Part shown: piece by piece, positions 1 to 8,950 of the stretch | Position numbering within the stretch: the first letter of the stretch is position 1 | Layout of the letters: the number at the start of each line of letters is the position of its first letter | Origin: Patescibacteria group bacterium | GTDB taxonomy: Bacteria; Patescibacteriota; Minisyncoccia; Phycocordibacterales; WO2-35-19 | NCBI GenBank assembly: GCA_038064735.1 | Contig: JBBTSI010000004.1 | Coordinates: forward strand, 1-49,920 | Length of the DNA stretch: 49,920 nucleotides | Direction: 5' to 3' | Position numbers and translations under genes: made by a program | The notes under the pieces: model-generated | Databases searched by the model: none | Told to the model about the DNA's origin: nothing | The model's input: only the letters and a program-made list of their open reading frames with translations

Positions 1-128
1 GTTTTGCTTTTGGTTTAAATATCGAAAGTGCCGCTTAGAGATTTGTATCCCTAATATTTGAGAATTCTAATCCCCATTATTCATAAAAATTGCCCCCAAG
101 CAATTTTTTTTGTGTATAACTTTTTATT

Positions 129-1808
129 TTATTCCTCTAAATCTATGACTCGGCCGAGTTCGTTGAGAGAGGTGATGCCTTGCAGGATTTTGATGACACC
201 ATCCTGTTTCATATTCAAAATATTTTGACCTTCAGCGGCTTTGTTTATTTCTCTCTCGCTTGGGTTTTGAATAACCACCGCTTCTATTTTTTCGTCCGTC
301 AAGATAGCTTCATAAATACCTAGACGGCCTTTGAAACCGGTGAAATTGCATTCGGCACAGCCGACTGATTCGAATATGTTACTCATATCCAAACCTTCCA
401 AATATGTTTTATCTGAGATGCTGTCAACAGTATCTTTTATGATTTTATTTTCCACTTCGGTCAAAACTGCTTTCTTTTTGCACTTAGGGCAGAGTTTTCT
501 TAAGAGTCTTTGGGCCATAGTCATATTGATAGCTGAAGTGATGACTTTGGGATTGGCTCCAAGGTCGATAAGACGAGGGAAAGTACCAGCGGCATTGTTG
601 GTGTGCAGTGATGAGAAGACCAAGTGTCCAGTCAAAGCGGAATTGATGGCAATTTCCGCGGTCTCTTCATCGCGGATTTCTCCGACCATTATCACATCAG
701 GATCTTGACGCAGGGCGCTACGCAGACCTTCTAAGAAAGTGTAACCCTTTTCTTCGTCAGTTTGGGTTTGCACGATACCTTTGAGATGATACTCGATTGG
801 GTTTTCTATTGTTATTATTTTTATCTCTGGTGTGTGGATTTTTTTAAGGAAAGCATAGAGAGTAGTAGTTTTACCTGACCCTGTTGGGCCAGTGTTGAGT
901 ATCATACCATTAGGTTTGCTCAATTCACGCATTATTAATTTAAGTAATTTTTCGCTGATACCTAATTCTTCAAGAGGCACAGAAATAGCTTTTGGATTTA
1001 AGACGCGCAACACTACTGATTCACCATATCCTCCAGGTAAAAGGGAAGTACGGATTTCAATTTCTGAATCGCCGAGTTTGATGCTGAAACGGCCGTCTTG
1101 GGCTTTGCTTTTTATATTTAATTTTAAATTAGATATAAGTTTGATACGGGAAAGTAAAAGATTAAAAGTATCTTTGTCTAAATTTAATATGTCGTTCAAA
1201 ACTCCATCCAATCTATATCGCAGTCTGACCGAAGCTTCTTCTGGTTCAATATGGATATCCGAAGCGCCGATAGAAATAGCTCCAGCTAATATTATTTCCA
1301 ATATTCTGGAAATGCGATAACTTTTTTTCTGAGCCAAAATAGTTTCAATAGAAGATTTTATATCTTGTGCGTTTTTAACTTTTTTTACCAAATCTTGGAT
1401 TTCATCACTCTCGATATCAAGGGCGCCACCTTTGGTCTCCATTGAGTAGGAAAGGTCTTTGTAACGGTCCCAAACTCTTTTTAAACTTTGGTGAGAGACC
1501 ATGAAAAGGGTAGGGATATAACCTCGGTCTTTGAGTGATTCAACTATCGCTGTAGCTTTGTTATTGTTGGGAGACAGTATTGCGAGAGATATTTTTTTGT
1601 TCACTATATTAAAAGAAGCCACTTCCGCATCTCTGGCCTCAGTTTCTTTTATTATACGTAGAGCATCAATGTTGATAGGGGTGACAGAAAGGTCAGCGTA
1701 AGGTAGGCCGTATTTTTGGGACATCATCTGAGCCAAACCTTCTTCTTCTTGTTCGCGAAGCTCTCCTATCTTTTGTTTTTGTTTGTCTTCGTTAAATTGA
1801 ATGGTCAT
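129..1808 (-). CDS. pilB: GspE/PilB-family type IV pilus assembly ATPase
   Basis: ASDIHIEP, QDGRF, Walker A GPTGSGKTT, LRQDPDVIMVGEIRD, TGHLVFSSLH, CxxC...CxxC zinc motif. Confidence 0.9.
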   Translation of the reverse strand: MTIQFNEDKQKQKIGELREQEEEGLAQMMSQKYGLPYADLSVTPINIDALRIIKETEARDAEVASFNIVNKKISLAILSPNNNKATAIVESLKDRGYIPTLFMVSHQSLKRVWDRYKDLSYSMETKGGALDIESDEIQDLVKKVKNAQDIKSSIETILAQKKSYRISRILEIILAGAISIGASDIHIEPEEASVRLRYRLDGVLNDILNLDKDTFNLLLSRIKLISNLKLNIKSKAQDGRFSIKLGDSEIEIRTSLLPGGYGESVVLRVLNPKAISVPLEELGISEKLLKLIMRELSKPNGMILNTGPTGSGKTTTLYAFLKKIHTPEIKIITIENPIEYHLKGIVQTQTDEEKGYTFLEGLRSALRQDPDVIMVGEIRDEETAEIAINSALTGHLVFSSLHTNNAAGTFPRLIDLGANPKVITSAINMTMAQRLLRKLCPKCKKKAVLTEVENKIIKDTVDSISDKTYLEGLDMSNIFESVGCAECNFTGFKGRLGIYEAILTDEKIEAVVIQNPSEREINKAAEGQNILNMKQDGVIKILQGITSLNELGRVIDLEE

Positions 1809-1838
1809 GAGGAAATTATATCACAGTGTTTTTGTTTT

Positions 1839-1872
1839 CCCTCCCCTGATCAAGGGGGGGCAGGGTGGGGTT
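1839..1872. repeat. GC-rich palindromic repeat, family C copy 1 (CCCTCCCCTGATCAAGGGGGGGCAGGGTGGGG)
   Basis: C-rich/G-rich hairpin plus G-rich tail; related to 8487-8520, 14696-14780, 46774-46810. Confidence 0.7.
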
Positions 1873-1898
1873 GACAAATTCTGCAGATTTGCTATAAT
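1871..1898 (+). promoter_or_regulatory. sigma70 promoter for 1950..2378
   Basis: TTGACA-16 nt-TATAAT, with extended -10 TGc. Confidence 0.75.
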
Positions 1899-1949
1899 AT
1901 ACACAGATTCAGTTAGGCAATAATTAACCATTTTCTGGAGGATTGTACC

Positions 1950-2378
1950 ATGAAAAAAGCTATGTTTTTGGTCGTTATTTTGGTGTTTTTGGGGATTTCT
2001 TCTGCTTTTGCACAGCAAGATGCAGCAGTGGCAATTGCGGAACAAATTGTTCCCGTGACGGAAAATCTGACAGATAATTTTGTCGGATGTGTCGAGAGGT
2101 TGGTTAAAATCGGAACACCCAACAAGGATGCTCGACGTGATTGCCTGAAAGCAACTGACAAGGTGATTAAGGTGGTAAGTGATGTATCTGATGACGCGTC
2201 TGGTGCAGCTAACGCTAGCCGGCCCATGATTGTGTCAGGCAGTAGATATGGGAGAAGTTACGGCTCCTCTAGTAGTATCGTTGTGGTGCCGAACACGAGT
2301 TCATCTAGAACGTCAACGCCTCGTGTTCCGAAACTTCATACCCCGACTTATCACGAAACCACATATTCTTCTAAGTAA
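1950..2378 (+). CDS. hypothetical secreted protein
   Basis: GGAGG SD upstream; signal peptide MKKAMFLVVILVFLGISSAFA; Ser-rich tail. Confidence 0.7.
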   Translation: MKKAMFLVVILVFLGISSAFAQQDAAVAIAEQIVPVTENLTDNFVGCVERLVKIGTPNKDARRDCLKATDKVIKVVSDVSDDASGAANASRPMIVSGSRYGRSYGSSSSIVVVPNTSSSRTSTPRVPKLHTPTYHETTYSSK

Positions 2379-2402
2379 GGTGAATATGTAGTGAATTCCA
2401 TC

Positions 2403-2443
2403 AAGCGCTCACGGTTTTATACTGTTGAGCGCTTTTCTTTTTG
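2403..2443 (+). terminator. intrinsic terminator
   Basis: AAGCGCTCA...TGAGCGCTT followed by T-rich tract. Confidence 0.65.
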
Positions 2444-2462
2444 TTTATGTTAGGATAAAAGT

Positions 2463-2906
2463 ATGGAATTTTTATCTAAAAACCTTGAAGAGACAGCTAA
2501 AATTGCCTTTGATTTTGGTAAAAATTTAAAGCCAAGCAACAATTCGGCCACAATTGTCGGTCTATATGGAGAGTTGGGGAGTGGCAAGACTACTTTTATG
2601 AAATATTTGGCTGAAAATTTTGGGGTGAAAGAAACGATTCAGAGTCCAACTTTTGTTATTATGAAATTTTATAATATTGCTGAAAATTTTTCATTTTCTG
2701 GTTTCGAGAAACTAGTTCACATAGATGCTTACAGGATAGAAAAAGAAGAAGAAATACTAAATTTGGGCTGGCAGGAAATTATTGCTGATCCTAAAAACTT
2801 GATTTGCGTAGAATGGCCAGAAAAAATTGAAGGCATCATGCCGAGCCATATTGTGATAAAATTCGAACATGAAGGAGAAAACCAAAGAAAAATTAGTATT
2901 GCTTGA
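2463..2906 (+). CDS. tsaE: tRNA threonylcarbamoyladenosine biosynthesis ATPase TsaE
   Basis: GELGSGKTT, QSPTF, HIDAYR, VEWPE motifs. Confidence 0.95.
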   Translation: MEFLSKNLEETAKIAFDFGKNLKPSNNSATIVGLYGELGSGKTTFMKYLAENFGVKETIQSPTFVIMKFYNIAENFSFSGFEKLVHIDAYRIEKEEEILNLGWQEIIADPKNLICVEWPEKIEGIMPSHIVIKFEHEGENQRKISIA

Positions 2907-5280
2907 TGCGCACGCAATAATACATAGGGCATATCACGCCTTGCCGGATTTTGCGACAAGCCTTGGTGAGCCGACGGGAGCCTTGTATGGGCTCGTGACT
3001 ATGATTTTGAAGATTGTGACTGATCTCAAGCCAGATTATGTCGTGGCTTGTTATGATTTGCCCAAGCCGACTTACAGACATGAAGTTTATGAAGGTTATA
3101 AAGCTGGACGAGCTAAAACTGATGATAATTTGGCCATACAGTTGGAAAAATCAAAACAGATTTGTGAAGCTCTCAATATTCCTATTTATTCTCTCGAAGG
3201 TTTTGAAGCTGACGATATGCTTGGTACTATCGTTGAAAAAGAGAAAAAAAATAATGTAGATATTGTGATAGCTTCCGGCGATATGGACACGATGCAGTTG
3301 GTGAGTGATGAAAAAGGAAAAGGAGGCAGTGTCAAAGTCTATACTTTAAAAAAAGGTATCAAAGAAACTATTCTTTATGATGAAAAAGCAGTGATGGAGA
3401 GATTTGGATTTGAACCGGAACTCCTGATTGATTTCAAAGGACTGCGGGGTGATCCATCTGATAATATTATCGGCATTGCTGGTATTGGAGAAAAGAGTGC
3501 TACAGATTTGATTCAAAATTTCGGTACCATTGAAAATATTTATAAAGTTTTGAAAAAAACCCCGGAAAAATTGGAAGAGGTAGGTATCAGAAGGGGGATA
3601 ATAGAGCTTTTGAAAAATGGGGAAGAAGAAGCTAAATTTTCCAAAATGCTCGCTACTATCAGACGAGATGCGCCGATTGATTTTGCCTTGCCAGAGCAAA
3701 AATGGAAAGAAGGTTTGGATTTAAATAAAGTTGAAGCTCTTTTTCAAAAATTGGAATTTAGAAGTATGAGGGCAAGGTTGAAACAAGTTGTAGGTGAAAA
3801 TGGCCAGCAGGAAAAGTTTTCTTCCGAAAAGTCCTCGGGTCTCCTCGCTGATGCTCGGCCAGACTTTTCTCCAGAAAATTTTCCTGCTGGCCTCGAAGAA
3901 ACTAAAATAGCGCTTTGGGTGACAGATTCAAATATTACCGACCCATCTTTGGAAGATATTTTGAATTTTGCTAATACTGACGATTTCGAAAAAGCCAAAG
4001 AAATTATTTTTACTGAGCTAAAAAAAAGAGAAGGGGAGTTTATTTTTGAGGAAATAGAAAAACCACTTATTCCTATAATTAAAAAGATGGAAGAACATGG
4101 AGTTTTGATAGATACTGATTTTTTGAAAAATTTGAATAAAGAATATTCTAAAACTTTAAAGGAATTGGAAAAGCAAATATGGAAGTTAACAGGTGGTATA
4201 GAATTTAATATTTCTTCACCTAAGCAATTAGGAGAAGTACTTTTTGATAAATTGGGGCTCTCTGTTAAATATCAGAAAAAAACTTCTACTGGTGCCAAAT
4301 CAACGAAAGAATCGGAATTGCAAAAAATGAAAGATTTGCATCCCGTCATTCCTCTCATTTTGGAATATCGTGAACTTTCAAAACTCATAGGGACTTATAT
4401 TGAACCGATGCCAAAAATGGTGGATGTTGGTAGTAGATTGCACGCAAGGTTTATTCAGGCCGGTACTACAACAGGTAGAATGTCATCTGAAAATCCTAAT
4501 TTGCAAAATATTCCTACCAGCTCGGAAAACGGGAAAGTAATAAGAAAAGCTTTTTTGGCGCCTTACGGATTAAAACTTTTGGCTTTTGATTATTCTCAAA
4601 TAGAACTTCGTATTGCTGCTTTTCTCTCTGGCGATGAAAAACTTATTGAAATATTCAAATCTGGAGAAGATGTCCATTCGTCTGTAGCTGCTCATGTCTT
4701 TGGTGTACCTATAAATAAAGTAGACAAAGAAATGCGTCGTAGAGCCAAGGTTATAAACTTTGGTATTCTTTATGGTATGGGAGTCAGTGCTCTGACGGTA
4801 AACCTTGGTTCCGACAGGAAAACTGCTCAAGAATTTTACAATACCTATTTTGAAACTTTTGAAGGTTTAGCTAAATATTTAGGCGAAACCAAAGCAGAGG
4901 CTTTGAAGTTTGGATACACGAAAACCTTTTTTGGCCGCCGTAGGTATTTTGAAGGTTTGAAATCAAAACTGCCTTTTATTAAAGCTGCTGCTGAGAGGAT
5001 GGCAATCAATGCTCCAATACAAGGTACCGAAGCGGATATTGTGAAAATCGCCATGAAGAAAGTGGATGAGTTTTTGGTGGTTAATAAATTGGACAAAGAA
5101 GTTCATCTTATTTTGCAAATTCATGACGAGCTTATTTATGAAGTGCCGGAAAATTTGATAAATGAATTGGAACCAAAAATAAAAAAAATAATGCAAGATA
5201 TTATTCCACTTGAAAAAATATTAAATGTGCCTATAATCGTTGATTCAAAATCAGGGTCTAATTGGGGAGAACTTAAATAA
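2869..5280 (+). CDS. polA: DNA polymerase I (5'-3' exonuclease + polymerase; proofreading domain reduced)
   Basis: EADD, GDPSDNI, TGRMSS.NPNLQN, DYSQIELR, KVINFGILYG, QIHDEL. Confidence 0.97.
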   Translation: MKEKTKEKLVLLDAHAIIHRAYHALPDFATSLGEPTGALYGLVTMILKIVTDLKPDYVVACYDLPKPTYRHEVYEGYKAGRAKTDDNLAIQLEKSKQICEALNIPIYSLEGFEADDMLGTIVEKEKKNNVDIVIASGDMDTMQLVSDEKGKGGSVKVYTLKKGIKETILYDEKAVMERFGFEPELLIDFKGLRGDPSDNIIGIAGIGEKSATDLIQNFGTIENIYKVLKKTPEKLEEVGIRRGIIELLKNGEEEAKFSKMLATIRRDAPIDFALPEQKWKEGLDLNKVEALFQKLEFRSMRARLKQVVGENGQQEKFSSEKSSGLLADARPDFSPENFPAGLEETKIALWVTDSNITDPSLEDILNFANTDDFEKAKEIIFTELKKREGEFIFEEIEKPLIPIIKKMEEHGVLIDTDFLKNLNKEYSKTLKELEKQIWKLTGGIEFNISSPKQLGEVLFDKLGLSVKYQKKTSTGAKSTKESELQKMKDLHPVIPLILEYRELSKLIGTYIEPMPKMVDVGSRLHARFIQAGTTTGRMSSENPNLQNIPTSSENGKVIRKAFLAPYGLKLLAFDYSQIELRIAAFLSGDEKLIEIFKSGEDVHSSVAAHVFGVPINKVDKEMRRRAKVINFGILYGMGVSALTVNLGSDRKTAQEFYNTYFETFEGLAKYLGETKAEALKFGYTKTFFGRRRYFEGLKSKLPFIKAAAERMAINAPIQGTEADIVKIAMKKVDEFLVVNKLDKEVHLILQIHDELIYEVPENLINELEPKIKKIMQDIIPLEKILNVPIIVDSKSGSNWGELK
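3802..3892. repeat. 91-bp imperfect palindrome lying in frame inside polA
   Basis: GGCCAGCAGGAAAA...TTTTCCTGCTGGCC outer arms; inner GAAAAGTC/GACTTTTC. Confidence 0.85.
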
Positions 5281-5281
5281 A

Positions 5282-5713
5282 ATGGAAAATCAAAGTTTAT
5301 TTAAAGAATACAAAGGAGTGTTTGAAGAGAAAGAAGAAACTTTTGAAAAAAAGAAAGCAGGTTTTGAATACGCTTATAATCCTTTTGCTTTGCAAGATGC
5401 GATAGGTGAGAAGAGCGCCAAAAAAGCTTGGCTTGAGTACGAAAAACTTAGATTTAGTGGGATAGAAGCAGAAGATTTGATACACAAAATAACAGCCAAA
5501 GTGAGAGATATGGCTGCTATTGTGGCCGGTGCCAACAAAGAAGATCTTGGTATGAAAGATTATCCTTACAATAAATCAAAGAGAGATGCCAAAAATTGGA
5601 AACCTGAGGATTTGAAAAATTTTTATAGCAAACTTATAGAAATATATCATCGCTCAAGAATGGGTGGTGATGAGTTGGATACGGCTTTAGAAAAAATTCT
5701 TCTTAGTATCTAA
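5282..5713 (+). CDS. HolA (DNA pol III delta) C-terminal-domain-like protein
   Basis: F.L.DAIGEK..KKAW and C-terminal K..G.....LE..LL pattern resembles the delta collar domain; start taken at MENQ just after the polA stop. Confidence 0.55.
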   Translation: MENQSLFKEYKGVFEEKEETFEKKKAGFEYAYNPFALQDAIGEKSAKKAWLEYEKLRFSGIEAEDLIHKITAKVRDMAAIVAGANKEDLGMKDYPYNKSKRDAKNWKPEDLKNFYSKLIEIYHRSRMGGDELDTALEKILLSI

Positions 5714-6041
5714 ATCTTTTTGTAGCAAACCAATCGAACTTCATGTTTTTTTGAACTTTTCTAACACCAGAAAAAGCAACTCTCAAAACAAAACCGGCGA
5801 GGAGCGCTTGCAGGATCCAGCTGGTATCTCGCATTGCTACAAATAAAAAATTAAAAATATCCGACAAATTATGTTCGGGCACACTGGCCAAATTGGCAAA
5901 AACATCACGGATAGATACCAACATCACAGCTGTGGCAACAAAAAATGCCGACATAAAATAATCAGGATACTCCAGAAGAGTATTCTTGGTATATTCAAAA
6001 TATATACGGGACATTATTCTTCTTTTTAAATTGTTATTCAT
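5703..6041 (-). CDS. membrane protein, putative anti-sigma factor
   Basis: overlaps the stop of the ECF sigma; two hydrophobic segments. Confidence 0.55.
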   Translation of the reverse strand: MNNNLKRRIMSRIYFEYTKNTLLEYPDYFMSAFFVATAVMLVSIRDVFANLASVPEHNLSDIFNFLFVAMRDTSWILQALLAGFVLRVAFSGVRKVQKNMKFDWFATKRFRY

Positions 6042-6576
6042 AATTATTATATTTCTCATAAATTTGCAAAAATTCTTTTTTTGAGCGGTGGACTCTGACT
6101 CTGGCTGTGCTGTTTTTGATATTCATTATTTTAGCTATTTCTTTAAATGACTTACCCAAAACGTATCTCAAATTTATTATTTCGGCCGTGGCACCACCTA
6201 TCTTCTTTAATACAAACTGCACATAGTTTTTATCACTATTATCTTCGGGTAGTCCTTCGGGGTGCAGACTTGGGGCTATAGCTTCTACTTCATCGGTTAG
6301 ACTGATGGTGGCATTCTTGTATTTGTTTATCTGGTCAGCCATGCAATTTTTCAACACAGTATTAGACCACGGCCTGAACTTTCCGCCGTTTTGGGGGAAC
6401 TTTTTACCATATTTGTAAATTCTGACAAATGTTTCTTGGACCGCATCTTCGGCATCATCTTTGGAGCGCAGTGTTTTTCTGGCAATTGCCATAAAACGCT
6501 TATAATGACGGTCATAAAGCTCGCCAAAACGAAAAGGCTTTTTATACGAAAGCTCCAGAATTTCTTCATCGCTCAT
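6034..6576 (-). CDS. ECF-type RNA polymerase sigma factor
   Basis: DAEDAVQETF region 2; region 4 LRY...SFKEIA.IMNI...T.RVRVHR. Confidence 0.9.
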   Translation of the reverse strand: MSDEEILELSYKKPFRFGELYDRHYKRFMAIARKTLRSKDDAEDAVQETFVRIYKYGKKFPQNGGKFRPWSNTVLKNCMADQINKYKNATISLTDEVEAIAPSLHPEGLPEDNSDKNYVQFVLKKIGGATAEIINLRYVLGKSFKEIAKIMNIKNSTARVRVHRSKKEFLQIYEKYNNYE

Positions 6577-6584
6577 ATCTAATG

Positions 6585-6612
6585 AGACTATCATATCATC
6601 ATAAATGTTACA
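6585..6612 (-). promoter_or_regulatory. putative ECF autoregulatory promoter TGTAAC-N17-AGTCT
   Basis: fits the generic ECF AAC/GTC consensus just upstream of the ATG at 6576. Confidence 0.5.
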
Positions 6613-6892
6613 GCGTAACCTTTGATTTTTATTGTAAGTCATAGATGTTGTATTAGATAATTTAATAAAATGAAAAAAGGTTCTTTAAATTTTGCTCCAA
6701 GTGTACGCCTTTCCAGAGCTCCGCCCGGTGGGCGGTACTACAATTAAACAACATACACATAAATTAGATATTAAATAAGATAAATAGAAAACTCCGCGCC
6801 ATTATATAAAATAAAAAGGTGCGGAGTTTTCGTTACTTGTGCCAAAATATAGCAAGTAGTAGTATTGAGGTATTAAAAATAATCAAAATACC

Positions 6893-8173
6893 ATGGGAAT
6901 GGAATCGTTTAATAGTACTCAAGAACAAGCTCCAGGCCCAGACATTTCTCCAAATCAAACACTGGAATCAACAAGGATCTTAAAAAATAAGGCCATTGAA
7001 AAAATCAAAGCTGACATAGCTGAAACTAAAAAGAGAATGGAGGAAACAGATTTGTCTGATGACGTTGTGCTGATTTCGAAACTGAACATAGCCGAATTGA
7101 CGGAACACGAAGAAAGAATAAAAAAATATGAAGACGAATTGAAACAGGTTGAAGCTGGGGAAATAAGCCCTGAATTTGTTTTATATAAACACTCTGACAC
7201 TGACGAAAAATTGAATTTAGTATTAGAAAAAATACCTGCTGAGTCTGAATTGGCAAATATTCTTAAAAGTGAACAGGAATTAAAATCTTTAAAACCTGAA
7301 GAGGATGATTTTATCAAGACTTACACACAAGATATAAACTTTTTGCGACATCTTTCTGCACGCCACAAAGAGATAGAAAAACAACAACGAGAATGGGGAA
7401 AAGCAGGAAAAGATATTCTTCAAACTGAAGAAGTTTTCTTAAGGGCCCAAAAAATAAATAATGAATCCGATTTCAGAAAAAAAGAGGAGAAATTCTTTAG
7501 AGACATTAGTCCTGAACACAGGAAAGAACTTATGGAAATATCTGCTCGTCTCAGTATGAGAAACGATTTAAAGTCTTGGGTAAGAGATGGCCGAAAGTTC
7601 TCCGATACTGAGGCCACACCGTTCCAAGTTGAGCACAAAGGCACTCACGAACAGGTTTTAACTTATTATGGAGAAGTTGCGAATTTATATTCTGAATTTA
7701 AAAAGAGTGAGACAGAAAATTTTTCCCCTAACTCTAGAACAAAAGAAGGTATGCAAAATGAATCAGATTCTGAATCACAACCCAGCGAAAACCTTGAAGA
7801 TATAGATGAACCCAGTAATTTTGATGGATCAAAAACAGCTGAAGAAATAAGAGAATACGAAAAAGAAAATAATGTAAACCAAGATATCCTTATGCAATCT
7901 TGGCTTACCCACGCGGGGACATATAAAGATTTAATGGAGAAAGTAAGAAAAGCTCAAGAAGGTTATGATTTATTAGTAAAATCTAATGACCCAGAAAATC
8001 AAATTGTTGTTGAAGCTAAGGAAAATTGGAATAATGCCGTATCAGAACAACAAAAAGAAGGAGAAGTTATGGATCCAATGTTCCAGCACTTGAGCAAAGA
8101 AACATTGAGAAAATACAAGGAAGACTTAAAATATCGTGGCGTAGTCAGTGAGGAATTACTCAATCAGCTGTAG
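6893..8173 (+). CDS. hypothetical acidic coiled-coil protein
   Basis: 426-aa ORF, E/K rich, no recognised motif. Confidence 0.75.
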   Translation: MGMESFNSTQEQAPGPDISPNQTLESTRILKNKAIEKIKADIAETKKRMEETDLSDDVVLISKLNIAELTEHEERIKKYEDELKQVEAGEISPEFVLYKHSDTDEKLNLVLEKIPAESELANILKSEQELKSLKPEEDDFIKTYTQDINFLRHLSARHKEIEKQQREWGKAGKDILQTEEVFLRAQKINNESDFRKKEEKFFRDISPEHRKELMEISARLSMRNDLKSWVRDGRKFSDTEATPFQVEHKGTHEQVLTYYGEVANLYSEFKKSETENFSPNSRTKEGMQNESDSESQPSENLEDIDEPSNFDGSKTAEEIREYEKENNVNQDILMQSWLTHAGTYKDLMEKVRKAQEGYDLLVKSNDPENQIVVEAKENWNNAVSEQQKEGEVMDPMFQHLSKETLRKYKEDLKYRGVVSEELLNQL

Positions 8174-8218
8174 AAGAACTTTAAAGAATAAGAAACAACT
8201 CATACAGGTAAGGCTTTT

Positions 8219-8310
8219 GTGGTCACAAATAAATTTACTGACGTAAATTTTTCGCGACCCCGGCTCGCGGTTTTTGCCTTTGCTACGCAAAACAAAAACA
8301 TCGCTGTGCC
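8219..8310 (-). repeat. 92-nt tRNA-associated structured element, copy 1
   Basis: 89/92 identical to 21696-21787; two hairpins. Confidence 0.85.
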
Positions 8311-8355
8311 TCGCACCACGTCAAAAAAACTCCTGCAGAGGAGTTTATTTTTACG

Positions 8356-8431
8356 TGGTGCGCCCAGTAGGAATCGAACCTACGACCATTTGCTTAAAAG
8401 GCAACTGCTCTACCGACTGAGCTATGGGCGC
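8356..8431 (-). tRNA. tRNA-Lys(TTT)
   Basis: cloverleaf GCGCCCA...TGGGCGC-ACCA; anticodon loop CTTTTAA; GTTCGAT T-loop. Confidence 0.95.
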
Positions 8432-8486
8432 ATACCAAACATTAGAAAATATAACACAAAACTTCTAAAAACAAAATTCTTGGTTT

Positions 8487-8520
8487 CCCTCTCTTAAGGT
8501 AAGAGGGGGTCAGGGGGCGA
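8487..8520. repeat. family C palindromic repeat copy 2
   Basis: CCCTCTCTTAAGGTAAGAGGGGGTCAGGGGGCGA. Confidence 0.7.
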
Positions 8521-8527
8521 TATGAAA

Positions 8528-8932
8528 TTAGAGAGGCAGGTCAACAGCAAAGGCACCGGCGCCAGAGAAGAGTAGGGAAAGGGTGATAGCAAAGAGTATG
8601 AAATAAAAGACAAAATTTCTTTTTAGGAATACAGGTTCTTTGTATTCCATATAGCTTTCAATAAAGGTAAATAAAGCCAAAACTAAAGCAGCGATTTGAG
8701 TGTAAAATCCTAAAATAAGCATAATACCACCAGCTATTTCCAAGCAACCTATTATTTTTAAGGCTAACTGAGGTTTGGGAATTTTTAAAAAGGAAAGAGA
8801 AGCTAGCCAGCGTTCCTTTTCATTTTTGAAAACCAAAATTCCCAAGTCTATAAAGATAAGTCCTGCTACCACACGCAAAATAAGAGGTGCTAGTCTTGCA
8901 TAGTCCAAAAGGTCTGGAAATGAATTTAACAT
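8528..8932 (-). CDS. DoxX family membrane protein
   Basis: LILRVVAGLIF..G, LEIAGG..LILGFYT, GAGAFAVD. Confidence 0.85.
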   Translation of the reverse strand: MLNSFPDLLDYARLAPLILRVVAGLIFIDLGILVFKNEKERWLASLSFLKIPKPQLALKIIGCLEIAGGIMLILGFYTQIAALVLALFTFIESYMEYKEPVFLKRNFVFYFILFAITLSLLFSGAGAFAVDLPL

Positions 8933-8950
8933 ACGTGTAGTATAGCAATT

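Noticed and set aside
331-1320. Antisense and alternative-frame ORFs over housekeeping genes, here and throughout the window
   Set aside because: Shadow ORFs of well-supported genes with no motifs of their own.
8219-8497. ORFs 8219..8497 and 21696..21887 sharing MVTNKFT...
   Set aside because: The similarity comes from the repeated structured element; both ORFs run antisense through tRNA sequence.
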